Of a DNA stretch of 64,000 bases, positions 1 to 9,361 are shown piece by piece; the stretch's first letter is position 1; each line of letters starts with the position of its first letter. Source of the stretch: an uncultured delta proteobacterium (GTDB taxonomy: Bacteria; Desulfobacterota; Binatia; Binatales; Binataceae); assembly GCA_963773975.1 (NCBI GenBank), contig CAVZDJ010000037.1, positions 37,727 through 101,726 of the forward strand. The letters run 5' to 3'. The notes beneath the pieces are model-generated. The model made no database searches and was not told where the DNA came from. It saw only the letters and a list, made by a program, of their open reading frames with translations. A program made the position numbers and the translations under genes.

Positions 1-342
1 GGTCTATGGAGTACGTGGCCAGAGCTCTTTCTCATGTAAAGATGTCGGGAAGGGGTTATGTTACGTTCCTTGGGCACGATCGTTGACTGCAGACGCTGAA
101 GCGCACCTCCCACTACCGAAAAAGCGCCATGCGATATCACTCAGGCCTGCGGCAACTGGGCTTATCTGGGTGGCCAAAATCATTGATCGCGAACAATCGA
201 AGACTACTCCGATGCGAACAGATGGAAAGGCTCGTTCCCTGGATTGGCCTTCTGCTGCGTCCCGATCAGGGCAAAAGTGCGACTGCCTTGCGCGTTCCCG
301 CGGCCCTAATGAGACGCGTGTCGCCGGGTGACGAGCGTGAAG

Positions 343-376
343 CAAACAAAAAGCCGCCCGCAGAAGGCTGGCGGCC
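343..376 (-). terminator. Rho-independent terminator after the small secreted protein gene
   Basis: On the minus strand, a GC stem (GCCGCCAG...CTGGCGGC around a short loop) is followed by TTTTTGTTTG. It lies about 30 nt after the stop at 406. Confidence 0.6.
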
Positions 377-405
377 AACTAACGAAGACAGCTCGCGAGA
401 TTTAG

Positions 406-651
406 CTACCCAACGATGCCCTTGCACTTGTCTTTTGGCAGTCCCTTCAGGGCGTTGGTCGCAGCCTCTTTTGAAGCGTAGCCATCTTGAGCGCCAAGGA
501 TTGTCATGCCCGCGTTGGCGCTCGGCTTGGAATCGACCACCGAGCAATTGCCCACCGTATCCATCTCAACATAGTACTTGGCGCCGGCGGCAAGAGCCGG
601 GGTCGTCGCTATGCCAATGAGCGCAACCATAGTCATTGAGAAATTCTTCAT
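406..651 (-). CDS. Small secreted protein (81 aa) with an N-terminal signal peptide
   Basis: I take the internal ATG at 651 (MKNFSMTMVALIGIATTPALAAGA...) rather than the ORF-track start, because GGAGAGGAGAA sits 5 nt upstream of it. The N-terminus has a hydrophobic core and an AxA-like cleavage motif. The terminator described above follows the stop. Confidence 0.5.
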   Translation of the reverse strand: MKNFSMTMVALIGIATTPALAAGAKYYVEMDTVGNCSVVDSKPSANAGMTILGAQDGYASKEAATNALKGLPKDKCKGIVG

Positions 652-862
652 GGCATTCTCCTCTCTTCCTCTTTCTAGAGTGGCAGCATTCCGGTTTGAG
701 CGGCCAGTTGCACAGCGAAAGTTCCACCGGTGACGACCTAGCTGGTGCTCCTCAACAAGACCGCCAGCAGCACCAGGAGCGCAATGATCGACAGCTAGCC
801 GATACTGTCCATGCGCCGCAAGGCAGGCGAGCACGAATACCAGCGCCCACGAGCCAAACTGG

Positions 863-1480
863 TTATTGCCGAGGCTCAGACGGTGCATTCCCGCTCTGGG
901 CGGGCTGAACCTCTGATTTAGCTTGATTCAGCTCGGTTTGAAGCTCATCGCGCTCGGCATTAACTTGCTCCAGCTCACTTTTGAGGCCCTTAAGCTCCGA
1001 ACTCGCTTGATCAAATTTGGTCTGAAGCTCATTGCCCTGAGCGTTCGCCTTATCGAGCTCTGAGTTGAGAATGGTCACCTGTTTCTTGAGGTCCGAGGCC
1101 TCCGTTTTTGCCTTGTCTGCCGCTTGCTTAGCGCTCTCGAGGTCGTTTTGCACTACCTCCAGACGAGACTGCTTGTCCTCAAGCTGGGATTTAGTTGACT
1201 CGATCTCCGTCGTAGCCTGACCCAATTTGGTCTGGAGTTCATTGTGCTGAGCGTTCGCCTTATCGAGCTCGGTGTTGAGACTAGCAGCCTGTTTCTTGAG
1301 ATCCGCAACCTGAGCGTTCGCCTGGACTGCCTCGTCCTGAGCCTTCGCAAGTTCGCTTTGCACTGTCTGCAAATCCTTTTGTGCCTGAACGCGGTAGCCG
1401 GCGATGAAAATAATTGCAATCAGGAGCCCCGCTCCAACGATCCATGTCCATGCCGGGATCGTGCTCATTCTGTTGGGCAT
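863..1480 (-). CDS. Membrane-anchored coiled-coil protein with an internal tandem repeat
   Basis: A GGGAGG ribosome-binding site lies 8 nt before the ATG at 1480. The N-terminus carries one transmembrane helix (IPAWTWIVGAGLLIAIIFIAGY). The rest is an E/K/Q/L/A-rich heptad-like sequence with two near-identical blocks, LN(T/S)ELDKANAQ(H/G)NELQTK. These correspond to DNA repeats of about 40 bp at roughly 1020-1070 and 1240-1290. Confidence 0.6.
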   Translation of the reverse strand: MPNRMSTIPAWTWIVGAGLLIAIIFIAGYRVQAQKDLQTVQSELAKAQDEAVQANAQVADLKKQAASLNTELDKANAQHNELQTKLGQATTEIESTKSQLEDKQSRLEVVQNDLESAKQAADKAKTEASDLKKQVTILNSELDKANAQGNELQTKFDQASSELKGLKSELEQVNAERDELQTELNQAKSEVQPAQSGNAPSEPRQ

Positions 1481-1784
1481 TTTCTTTTCCTCCCTTTGAT
1501 GAAGTTTTAGGAGAGATAATCACGCGCGTAAGCAATGTCATGTGAGCACCTCATCGTTTCGTCGAGCTGTCGCTCTTGTTGCGCCGGCCGCCGGGACGGG
1601 AGGCCTTCGCGGCATGTCTTCTATATCCATGCGTGCCTGCTCGAACGGGCGGCCAAGCTCTGGCAGGCCAAAGGGAGCGGCTCGCTCACGGCCTTGGCGA
1701 TTGCCGAGGCGTCGGGGCCAAGGCGGAGCCGGCGGTGCTCAAGGACTTGGCGCACCCCTTCAGACACAGTAATGAGATCACAGT

Positions 1785-1952
1785 ATGGTCAGGTTATCTC
1801 TCTCCCTCGTCCTTGCCGTGCTGCTGACTCTGGCAGGCGCGGCTATTGCGTATGACGCGATCACACAGCACGATATCTTTCCCCTTGTCGGTAGTGCGCT
1901 TGCAACCGGGCTTGGGCTTGGTCTGGTTTCGGGCGGTTATCAAAGAATGTGA
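1785..1952 (+). CDS. Possible small two-helix membrane peptide (55 aa), not in the ORF track
   Basis: I translated it by hand: MVRLSLSLVLAVLLTLAGAAIAYDAITQHDIFPLVGSALATGLGLGLVSGGYQRM. It is hydrophobic and sits in the intergenic gap between two minus-strand genes. I found no clear ribosome-binding site. Confidence 0.2.
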   Translation: MVRLSLSLVLAVLLTLAGAAIAYDAITQHDIFPLVGSALATGLGLGLVSGGYQRM

Positions 1953-2065
1953 ATGGCAGTCAAAGGCATGACCTCCGGTCGCCGTTTCCCACCAGCAGTT
2001 GATAAGATACGGGGTGGCTTTAAGTTTTGGGCTTTGTCATTGTCGCCTTTCGACGATGCGGCGCC

Positions 2066-2644
2066 TCAGGCTCGGCGCGAGTTCTGGGAAGAAATCCATC
2101 GGCCTATCGCGCGGACCAGAAGATAGACGGCAAGGCTGACGCCGAGCGTGATGCCCAGAAGAGTAGCCAAAGGGACAGCGAATTTATTCCACCAGACAGT
2201 GGAGACGATCTCATCAACAGTTTTGTTCTGATCGGCGAGCGATAGGCCGTCAAAGGTGCCCGGGACTATCATGTTGCCGATGCCTTCAATTTGAAGCAAT
2301 TCATCAAGGACATGGCCCGTGGGTAGTCTAGGCTCGTGTCCCCGCACCTCCGCATCGAATTGCTCTCTCGGCATATCGGAATAGAACTTCTGATGGAGAG
2401 CATCTAAAAGCTGATCATATGACAGGTTATCGTATTGGTGGGGATATCTCTGCCGAAAGACGGCAACCGACGACGGCGGACCACTGAACGTCCACTTCAC
2501 CACTGAGATGTGAGGGATGGGTGTTTTCCAATCCACGGCATTGTCAAATATCAATACTGCTGCGCCGATTAACGCCGGGATAACCGCCAGAAAAAGCCCG
2601 AGCCGGTGGAAGCCGCGACTTGCGCGTGGCGCGGAGCTAGCCAT
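2066..2644 (-). CDS. Hypothetical membrane protein (two transmembrane helices)
   Basis: 192-aa ORF with hydrophobic helices at the N- and C-termini (LGLFLAVIPALIGAAVLIF and LATLLGITLGVSLAVYLLV). GC content is lower than in most of the window. I recognised no family. Confidence 0.45.
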   Translation of the reverse strand: MASSAPRASRGFHRLGLFLAVIPALIGAAVLIFDNAVDWKTPIPHISVVKWTFSGPPSSVAVFRQRYPHQYDNLSYDQLLDALHQKFYSDMPREQFDAEVRGHEPRLPTGHVLDELLQIEGIGNMIVPGTFDGLSLADQNKTVDEIVSTVWWNKFAVPLATLLGITLGVSLAVYLLVRAIGRWISSQNSRRA

Positions 2645-2736
2645 GTGTCGCCCTCCTTTAGAGACACACTACAAAACCACCCTAGCTCGCGCGCCTTGTC
2701 GTTGGCAGGACCGAAAAGTACCGAAGGATATCACTC

Positions 2737-3210
2737 ATGGACAAACTGGATGGATTTAGTCGTGGGAAGACGGCATCAGGTTTGGTGCTGTTGGTGTTAT
2801 CGGGGACGCTCAGTGTCGGCTTGCCGGCGGCCGCCGATGAGCACGGGCTTGAAGTTTCGGACGCCTATATGCAAACGACCATACCTTCGCGACCCGCAGC
2901 CGGTTATTTCACGCTAAAGAACAATGGTGACGTGGATCGTGTCCTTGTCGAAGCGTCTTCGCCCGGATGCGAGTCGATCATGATGCACAAAAGCGAATCG
3001 GTCGGCGGCATGGAGAAAATGTTGATGGTCGACAACGTCCCAGTTCCGGCGCACCAAAGCGTCGCCTTCGCACCTGGCGGTTTCCATCTGATGTGCATGT
3101 CTCCCGCCGAATCAATGAAGCCAGGCAGTTCGGTTCCGGTGACGCTGACATTCGAGGGCGGCATCTCACTCAGAAGCGACTTTCCGGTCCGCCCAGCCGG
3201 GGGGAAATAG
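2737..3210 (+). CDS. pcuC: Periplasmic copper chaperone PCu(A)C (DUF461 family)
   Basis: It has a signal peptide and a His/Met-rich copper(I) motif pattern (IMMHKS...GGMEKMLMV...HLMCM) that is characteristic of PCuAC. Its length, about 155 aa, is typical for the family. Confidence 0.7.
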   Translation: MDKLDGFSRGKTASGLVLLVLSGTLSVGLPAAADEHGLEVSDAYMQTTIPSRPAAGYFTLKNNGDVDRVLVEASSPGCESIMMHKSESVGGMEKMLMVDNVPVPAHQSVAFAPGGFHLMCMSPAESMKPGSSVPVTLTFEGGISLRSDFPVRPAGGK

Positions 3211-3222
3211 GCCGCGGAAACA

Positions 3223-3891
3223 TTAGCTGCCGGAGCCATTCTCATTCCCTTCATCGACCAGCCGGCTGAGATCGGCCGCCGTCCCGTCGACGTCTGGATT
3301 TTCGGTCATGAGAGACGCGAGCAGCAGCCTTATTTTGCCGGTCTTATCGAAGACATAGATCGCAGAGCTGTGGTTTACCTCATATGGCCGGTCGCCCGTC
3401 GCTGGCGTCACTGAATAGTACACGCGATAACGTTTCGCGAGAGCGGCTAGCTGATCGGGATCCCCGCGGAGACCGATCACCTCGGGGCCGAAGGCCGCTG
3501 TGTAGTCCTTGAGCACCGGGAGCGTGTCGCGGTTGGGATCGACGGTGACGAAGAGCACGCGCACGTCTCGCGCCTTGTCGCCGAGCGCATTCAGAACAAG
3601 ATCAACATTGGCAAGGGTCAGCGGGCAAATATCGGGGCAAAACGTGTAGCCGAAATAAAGCAGGACCACCTTTCCCTTGAAATCGTCAGCCGTGATCGTC
3701 TTGCCGTCGTCGGCACGCGTCAGGACGAAATCTAGCGGCGGGAGGCTGCCGCTGATGTCGACTGCGTGCCATTCAGGTTCCGAATTGCAGCCGAACAGCA
3801 GGCACGCCGCAGCCACGAGGGCGAACAGCGCCGCACGGGATCCGATAGAGGCTAAAAGTTTTGGAGGGATTTTGTCGCGAAGTACCTTCAA
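3223..3891 (-). CDS. sco: SCO1/SenC family copper chaperone (thioredoxin-like), lipoprotein
   Basis: It carries the CPDIC (CxxxC) motif within GYTFCPDICP, a thioredoxin-fold sequence, and a lipobox (LLFGC). It is convergent with the PCuAC gene. Confidence 0.8.
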   Translation of the reverse strand: MKVLRDKIPPKLLASIGSRAALFALVAAACLLFGCNSEPEWHAVDISGSLPPLDFVLTRADDGKTITADDFKGKVVLLYFGYTFCPDICPLTLANVDLVLNALGDKARDVRVLFVTVDPNRDTLPVLKDYTAAFGPEVIGLRGDPDQLAALAKRYRVYYSVTPATGDRPYEVNHSSAIYVFDKTGKIRLLLASLMTENPDVDGTAADLSRLVDEGNENGSGS

Positions 3892-4063
3892 GTGTTCATC
3901 CTAAGCAATTTAACGACAGATCTTATGGGGCTGGTTCCTCGGCATCCGCGCAGGGGCGCGTCCAAACTTAGCTCAGTGTAGGAGATTGGCTCGCTTTTCA
4001 CCCACCTACTAGGCTCATATGATGTGGGCCACGTATAATACTCAACAATCGAAGGAGGCAACC

Positions 4064-4516
4064 ATGTATACTCGAGCATCCAGGCGGGTCGTGATCCTCA
4101 TTGCTTGTCTCGCGGGCATGGCCTGGGGAGGGTTGGCGCAGGCTGCGCCCGTATCCTTCACCGTACAGCTTTCCGGCGCGCAACAAGTGCCGCCCGTCCA
4201 GACCTCGGCCACGGGAAAGGCCGATCTCACCTATGACCCGAGCACGCGGGTCGTCACCTGGACGATCACCTGTGACGCACTTTCGGGTCCTGTGACCATG
4301 GCGCATTTCCACGTCGCTCCGGAGGGCAAGAATGGTCCCGTGGCGATCTGGCTGAGCAAGCAGGGCAGCTCCACCTCGTGCCCTATCAGCGGGCAAGCTA
4401 CCCTCACCCCGGAACAGGCAAAGCAGTTCACGGCCGGCCAATGCTACATCAATATTCACACCAAAGCGCATCCCCCGGGTGAGATGCGCGGTCAGGTGAT
4501 GCCGCCCAAGAGCTGA
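4064..4516 (+). CDS. CHRD domain-containing secreted protein
   Basis: GAAGGAGG lies 7 nt before the ATG at 4064. It has a signal peptide (RRVVILIACLAGMAWGGLAQA). The sequence AHFHVAPEGKNGPV...CYINIHT...HPPGEMRGQV matches the CHRD domain signature. Confidence 0.65.
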   Translation: MYTRASRRVVILIACLAGMAWGGLAQAAPVSFTVQLSGAQQVPPVQTSATGKADLTYDPSTRVVTWTITCDALSGPVTMAHFHVAPEGKNGPVAIWLSKQGSSTSCPISGQATLTPEQAKQFTAGQCYINIHTKAHPPGEMRGQVMPPKS

Positions 4517-4709
4517 TTGCGGTCACTGAAAATTAGCGAGCACTGCAGCGGCGGCGACGCTGCAGCCGAAAAGGAGAAGCACGCGTGAGGCACCTATCAT
4601 CCGCGGCTGGGGTACGTTGTCCGGCAGGATCTTCCAGCCGGTGATCATCGCTAGTCCTATTACTCCTTGCCGAACGCATTCCCTGATCAAAAACAATCTC
4701 CACTGGCTC

Positions 4710-5940
4710 TCAGAATTTCCGCGATAGTTTTACGAAATAACCTCGACGAGGACCGAATTGCGGGGCAAAGACGCCGATGCCAGACCCACTTCTGATCTCG
4801 TAGATGGTGTCGAAGACATTCACGACGTCGAAGCGCAAGGTCAGCGGTTTGGCGTTGGTGAATGTGAACTCGTGCGAGACGCCGAGATTGACCTGCGTGT
4901 AAGCCGGCACGGTTTGGGTATTGGCAAAGCCGCTCCGCAAGCCGCTGCCATAGATCATGTCGGCGGTGAACAGGTTAGCGTTCCACCGATAGGACACACC
5001 TCCTGAGCCAGTTACGATCTGCGCGTGGTCCGTGTAGATGAAGTGGTCAGCAATGAAATTGAACTCGTCCTGGTCAAACAGAAACTGGTTCGACACGATG
5101 TCGGTGGCTTTCTGTTGTGCGACAGCGATGTTTCCGTAAGCTTTGAAGCCGCCCTTCTCGTAAGTGGCCTTAACCTCGATGCCCTCATTTATATCCGTCG
5201 CGTAATTGAAGGCGTCGAGCACTAGCGCGGCACCAAACTGCCCATCGTCGAGAAGGTCCTGAGCCCGCTTGTAATATCCGTCGACCCCGAGCTCGAGCCC
5301 GGGCAGGACCTTTTGCGTCACCCCGGCATCGAAATAGTGCGAACGCTCCGGCAGGCCGGACTATCTTAATTCACGGTCGGCTGTTGGGTTGTGTTCTGGA
5401 AGGCTGCAAGGTCAACCGGGCCGGCAGCTACTTGGGGCGGGGGCGTGAAGTAGCGCGCGTAGCCCGCATGAAACGTCGTGCCTGCGACGGGCGTGTAGAC
5501 GAGATTAACCCGGGGGCTGAACTGGTTTGCGTCGACGAACTGATACATCTGGTCGAAACGAATTCCGGCGTTCAGAGTGAGCTTGTCCGTGAGCTTCCAT
5601 TCATCCTGTACATAGGCTCCTAAGAGCCAGCCAGTCTTGGAGACGTCGTCCGGCACGTTGAAGGGTGCATCGATGGGATTTCCGGCCGTGTCGAGAGGCA
5701 AGACTGTCGAGAGGCTATCGGCTGCGGTTCTCTCCCCGCTGACATAAAAGCCGCTACGCAAGGTGTTTGCGGCACTAAAGGTGTAGGACCCGTCGCCCTG
5801 GACGCCGTTGAGGAAGCTCTGCCGTTCGACGTTTGACGCGACACCGTTGAAGATGATGTCCCCGACTTCGTCAGGAAAGAAGTGAAGGTCGCTATAGCGT
5901 GCGAAATAGGCGAGCTGCAGGTTGGTGTCGCCTATCCTGA
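4710..5940 (-). pseudogene. TonB-dependent receptor, C-terminal beta-barrel remnant (interrupted and 5'-truncated)
   Basis: Two in-frame pieces (4710-5321 and 5366-5761) end in the canonical TonB-dependent-receptor C-terminus ...GYFVKLSRKF. They are separated by a stop. No plug or N-terminal barrel of 350 aa or more is present before the next gene. Confidence 0.6.
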
Positions 5941-6076
5941 CCGGGGCGCTACCGGCCGAATTCGGCTATCGACACGGAAGGTCCGCAATTGATGCTGTGG
6001 ACGGCTCCTCCACCGGCACGCAAGTGCCATGGATGTGGGTGCTGTTAAAGCACCCACAATTCGGAGGAGCGCAATC

Positions 6077-6301
6077 ATGCGAGCAATCACAACTCTCCAT
6101 CGCACGCGTCAGCTCTTCATCCGCCAGCAGACCTCGGTGAGGCAGGCGGCGTACGGAATCATCACGTTTGTCCTGGGCCTACTGGTTCTTGCGCAATGGC
6201 CCGCCTCAGGACTTTGGGTGATCGGTCTCTTCGTCGGGATTGATCTGATTTTCTACGGCTGCGCCTGGATCGCGCTGGCGCTCGAATTGCGCACGATGTG
6301 A
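6077..6301 (+). pseudogene. HdeD/DUF308 acid-resistance membrane protein, C-terminal fragment only
   Basis: The sequence GIITFVLGLLVLAQWPASGLWVIGLFVGIDLIFYG matches the C-terminal repeats of HdeD. The N-terminal two thirds of the protein are missing. Confidence 0.4.
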
Positions 6302-6542
6302 GACTTGCGGCAAAGCGTTGGTCGCGATGGGAGAATGGTTTTCCCTTGTCGGCGGTTGGGTAGCCGAGCGCGAGATTGAAATCGGGTCCGGTGCATACGG
6401 GGAGGGATCCGCATAGTGGCGCGATGCCGCTGATCCAAGCTGAGCGCTCCCAGACCGCCGTAGGTGCACCTCTCAATTCTCTCTTTGCTGCGAACCGGAC
6501 CGAGGTCGAGCGCTGGATCGAACGTTACGCTGCCGCTCCAGC

Positions 6543-7175
6543 GTGTCAGGCAAAGGTCGCGACGGCCCGCGGATGATTGCACCGAAGCCGCTTACCTTCG
6601 CAGCCCTTGACGGGCTCGCCTTTGCCGCCGAACGCGGCCGGTTAAGCGAACAGCCGTCCGGTGCCGAACTGTCGGCTGGTGCCCTCGGTCCGCTTTTGGA
6701 ACTGGAACAACTAAGCGCTAGCGGATTGCTTCCCCGGCCGGACATGGCCGCCTGGCTTTCACTGGACGATACGCGCGTATTCGAAGCGGCGCTGCACAGT
6801 GGCCTGCCGCAATGGATATGCCCGGCAACCCGCGCAGCGGGGTTTTTCCGCACCGCTCCGAAAAGGCCGGAAGACAACACGCCCTGGGTCGGCTTTGGCC
6901 TCGCCGCGCAGAAGGCTGCCACCGCAGCTGGCTTTCACCGCCAGATCGCGGCTCAGTTCGTGGGCGTGCTCAGCGAAATGCTTGACAACATCTACGAGCA
7001 CTCCGGCGCGCCGGCCTCGGGCATAGTCGCCTTCCGGGCAGGCGATGGTGAATTTGAGTTTGTCGTCGCCGACGGCGGAATAGGAGTGCTGGAAAGCCTG
7101 AAGACCTGTCTGGAGTATGCCGAGCTTGCTGATTGTGGCGAGGCGCTGCGGCTGGCGCTAGAGCATTTTTGTTGA
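6543..7175 (+). CDS. GHKL/HATPase_c-like protein (RsbW/SpoIIAB-like serine kinase fold) with an unknown 140-aa N-terminal region, probably truncated at its C-terminus
   Basis: An N-box-like motif (EMLDNIYEHSG) and a G1-box (VADGGIGV) are present. The G2 box (GxGxG) is absent. The ORF stops about 15-35 nt before the IS630 remnant begins. Confidence 0.4.
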   Translation: MSGKGRDGPRMIAPKPLTFAALDGLAFAAERGRLSEQPSGAELSAGALGPLLELEQLSASGLLPRPDMAAWLSLDDTRVFEAALHSGLPQWICPATRAAGFFRTAPKRPEDNTPWVGFGLAAQKAATAAGFHRQIAAQFVGVLSEMLDNIYEHSGAPASGIVAFRAGDGEFEFVVADGGIGVLESLKTCLEYAELADCGEALRLALEHFC

Positions 7176-7211
7176 ACGCAGAGTCGGTTTTGGGGATTCC
7201 CGAGAGCGGGT

Positions 7212-7637
7212 TTGTCTGATTTAGTTTCCCCTGTGATTTGCAGGGAGACGATGATGACGCGCAGCTTGAGTGCGGACCTTCGTGGCCGGGTAATTGGGGC
7301 GATTTTGGAAGGGCTGTCGACGCGCGCGGCGGCGCGGCGGTTCAGGATCGGGATTTCGACGGCGGGAAGCTGGTACCGGCGCTATCGGGCGACGGGCGAG
7401 ATGGTTGCTCGCAAGCAGGGCCAGCCGTCACGTTCGCGGCTCGACCCGTATGAGGCGTTCATCCTGGCGCTGATCGAGGCGACCCCGGATATCACGCTTG
7501 CCGAGATCGCCGAGCGACTGACGGAGGAGCGCGGCGTGCGTGTGGTGCCTTCGACGGTCTGGATGTTCCTCGACAAGCGCCGCTTCACGTTCAAAAAAAG
7601 ACAGCGCATGCCAGAGAGCAGCAAAGGCCGGATGTGA
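7212..7637 (+). CDS. IS630-family transposase OrfA (helix-turn-helix DNA-binding part)
   Basis: Helix-turn-helix N-terminus ([24 protein letters not shown]). It ends just after the AAAAAAAG site at 7593-7600. Confidence 0.75.
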   Translation: MSDLVSPVICRETMMTRSLSADLRGRVIGAILEGLSTRAAARRFRIGISTAGSWYRRYRATGEMVARKQGQPSRSRLDPYEAFILALIEATPDITLAEIAERLTEERGVRVVPSTVWMFLDKRRFTFKKRQRMPESSKGRM

Positions 7638-8074
7638 AGGCCCGCCGTCGCGCCTGGTTCGACGGCCAGCTCGATCTCGACCCTTCGACGCTGATCTTCA
7701 TCGACGAGACGTCCGCATCGACGAAGATGGCGAGGTTGGGTGGCCGGGCGAGGAAAGGCGAACGCTGCCGCGCGTCGGTTCCCCACGGGCATTGGAAGAC
7801 GACCACCTTCACCGCCGGGCTTCGGCTGGACCGACTGACAGCGCCGATGCTGCTCGACGGGCCGATGAACGGACCCGCCTTCCTGGCTTATGCCGAGCAG
7901 GTGCTGGCGCCCGAGCTTCGGCCGGGCGACCTCGTCATCATGGACAATCTTCCCGCCCACAGGATATCCGGCGTCCGTGAGGCGATCGAAAAGGCCGGAG
8001 CCAGCCTGCTCCTTCTCCCGCCCTATTCGCCCGACTTCAACCCGATCGTCGCGGTCTTCCCGAAGCCTGGATGA
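7634..8074 (+). CDS. IS630-family transposase OrfB (DDE catalytic part, reached by a -1 frameshift), truncated at its C-terminus
   Basis: It contains the motifs [18 protein letters not shown] and [12 protein letters not shown] -1 slip on A AAA AAG fuses it to OrfA, giving ...FTFKK|KTAHAREQ.... Confidence 0.75.
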   Translation: MKARRRAWFDGQLDLDPSTLIFIDETSASTKMARLGGRARKGERCRASVPHGHWKTTTFTAGLRLDRLTAPMLLDGPMNGPAFLAYAEQVLAPELRPGDLVIMDNLPAHRISGVREAIEKAGASLLLLPPYSPDFNPIVAVFPKPG

Positions 8075-8247
8075 ATCGGCGCGATCAGCATGCGCTCCTT
8101 GGCCAGCGCGGAGTTCCAGGGCGTCCATCCCGGCCATCCCAGTTCGCCGTGCAGGAGCAGCAGCGGCTTGCCCTTCCCGCCCTTGATGATCGCCAGTTCC
8201 GTGCCCCCGACGCGGACCTTCTCTTCGGTCCATTCCTTCTCTGCCAT
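8023..8247 (-). pseudogene. Alpha/beta hydrolase (epoxide hydrolase-like), N-terminal fragment
   Basis: MAEKEWTEEKVRVGGTELAIIKGGKGKPLLLLHGELGWPGW...IHPGFG is a typical alpha/beta-hydrolase N-terminus. The reading frame is cut off by the IS remnant before the nucleophile elbow. Confidence 0.5.
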
Positions 8248-8575
8248 TGAGATTCTTTCTCCAGGTTGTATTCGTGGCGTCCGCGGCACCGTCGATGATG
8301 CCGCCAAACCGGTCCGCCCGTGTAAATCCAGCTTTAGTATAGTGCCATCCGATTTGCCACCGGATTTCTCGCCACGCCCCGGCCTGCATTACGGCAAGGC
8401 GCAAACGGCGCCCGGCGGTCCGCGCCAGGGCCGGGCGGGACGATGCGGCGCGCCAGTAGACGGCCTACAATGACGCATCAGCGAAGGCTATAATCACGAA
8501 GCGCATGACCTGCGGTGATAGGTGCAGGACGGGCGGAAAACGGGACCGGACGATGTGGCGGACGAGGGGCTGACG

Positions 8576-9223
8576 ATGGACGACCTGGCGCAAGCTCGCG
8601 AACGAATGGTGGTCGAGCAACTCGAGCGCCGCGGTATCCGCGACTCGCGCGTGCTCGCCGCGATGCGCATGGTCGAGCGCGACCGTTTCATCCCGGCCGA
8701 GTATGCCGCGCAAGCCTACGAAGACGAGCCGCTGCCGATCGGCGCCGCGCAAACGATCTCGCAACCCTACATGGTCGCCCTGATGTGCGAGGTCGCCCAG
8801 CTGACCGGCGTCGAGCGCGTGCTCGAGGTCGGCACCGGCTCGGGTTATGCCGCGGCGGTCCTCGCGCGCCTGGCCGCCGAGGTCTATTCGGTCGAGTGCC
8901 TTCCCGCATTGTATGAGCGGGCGCGGGCGCGCCTTGAAGCACTCGAAATCGCCAACGTGCATCTGAATTGCCGCGACGGATCGGAGGGATGGCCCGAACT
9001 GGCGCCCTTCGACGTGATCGTCGTCACCGCCGCGATGCCTGGAATCGCGCGCCCGCTGCTCGATCAACTCAAGCCTGACGGACGGCTGGTCGCGCCGATC
9101 GGCGAAGACGACCTGCAAACCCTGGTGCGAATCGGCCGGCGCGGCGACGCCTGGTGCGAGGAATATTTCGGCGAATGCCGGTTCGTAAAGATGACCGGCC
9201 GCTACGGATTCAAGACACAATGA
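8576..9223 (+). CDS. pcm: Protein-L-isoaspartate O-methyltransferase
   Basis: AdoMet-binding motif VLEVGTGSGYAAAVLA; also TISQPYMVALM. Length (about 215 aa) fits. The gene order pcm followed by nlpD is conserved. Confidence 0.85.
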   Translation: MDDLAQARERMVVEQLERRGIRDSRVLAAMRMVERDRFIPAEYAAQAYEDEPLPIGAAQTISQPYMVALMCEVAQLTGVERVLEVGTGSGYAAAVLARLAAEVYSVECLPALYERARARLEALEIANVHLNCRDGSEGWPELAPFDVIVVTAAMPGIARPLLDQLKPDGRLVAPIGEDDLQTLVRIGRRGDAWCEEYFGECRFVKMTGRYGFKTQ

Positions 9224-9361
9224 TTCGCAAGCCGGCGAGGCGGGGCGGCAAGCCATAGGCCGAGCGGTGGCGGAGCGGTGGTGGTAGCGGAAGTGGCAGT
9301 GGAAGACGTCGCAGGCGACGGCAGGATCGAAATCGCGGCGCGCGCGGGGGGGGCGCCGATC

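Larger units (their letters stand above)
7190..8074 (+). mobile_element. IS630 (Tc1/mariner) family insertion sequence remnant, truncated at its 3' end
   Basis: Two overlapping transposase ORFs are present with an IS630-type A7 slippery site. The DDE region is present, but the protein stops after PDFNPIV without the final catalytic segment. I found no right inverted repeat, and the left end is approximate. Confidence 0.7.

Noticed and set aside
129-620. 163-aa plus-strand ORF at the window start
   Set aside because: It overlaps the better-supported minus-strand secreted-protein gene and its terminator. No ribosome-binding site and no homology.
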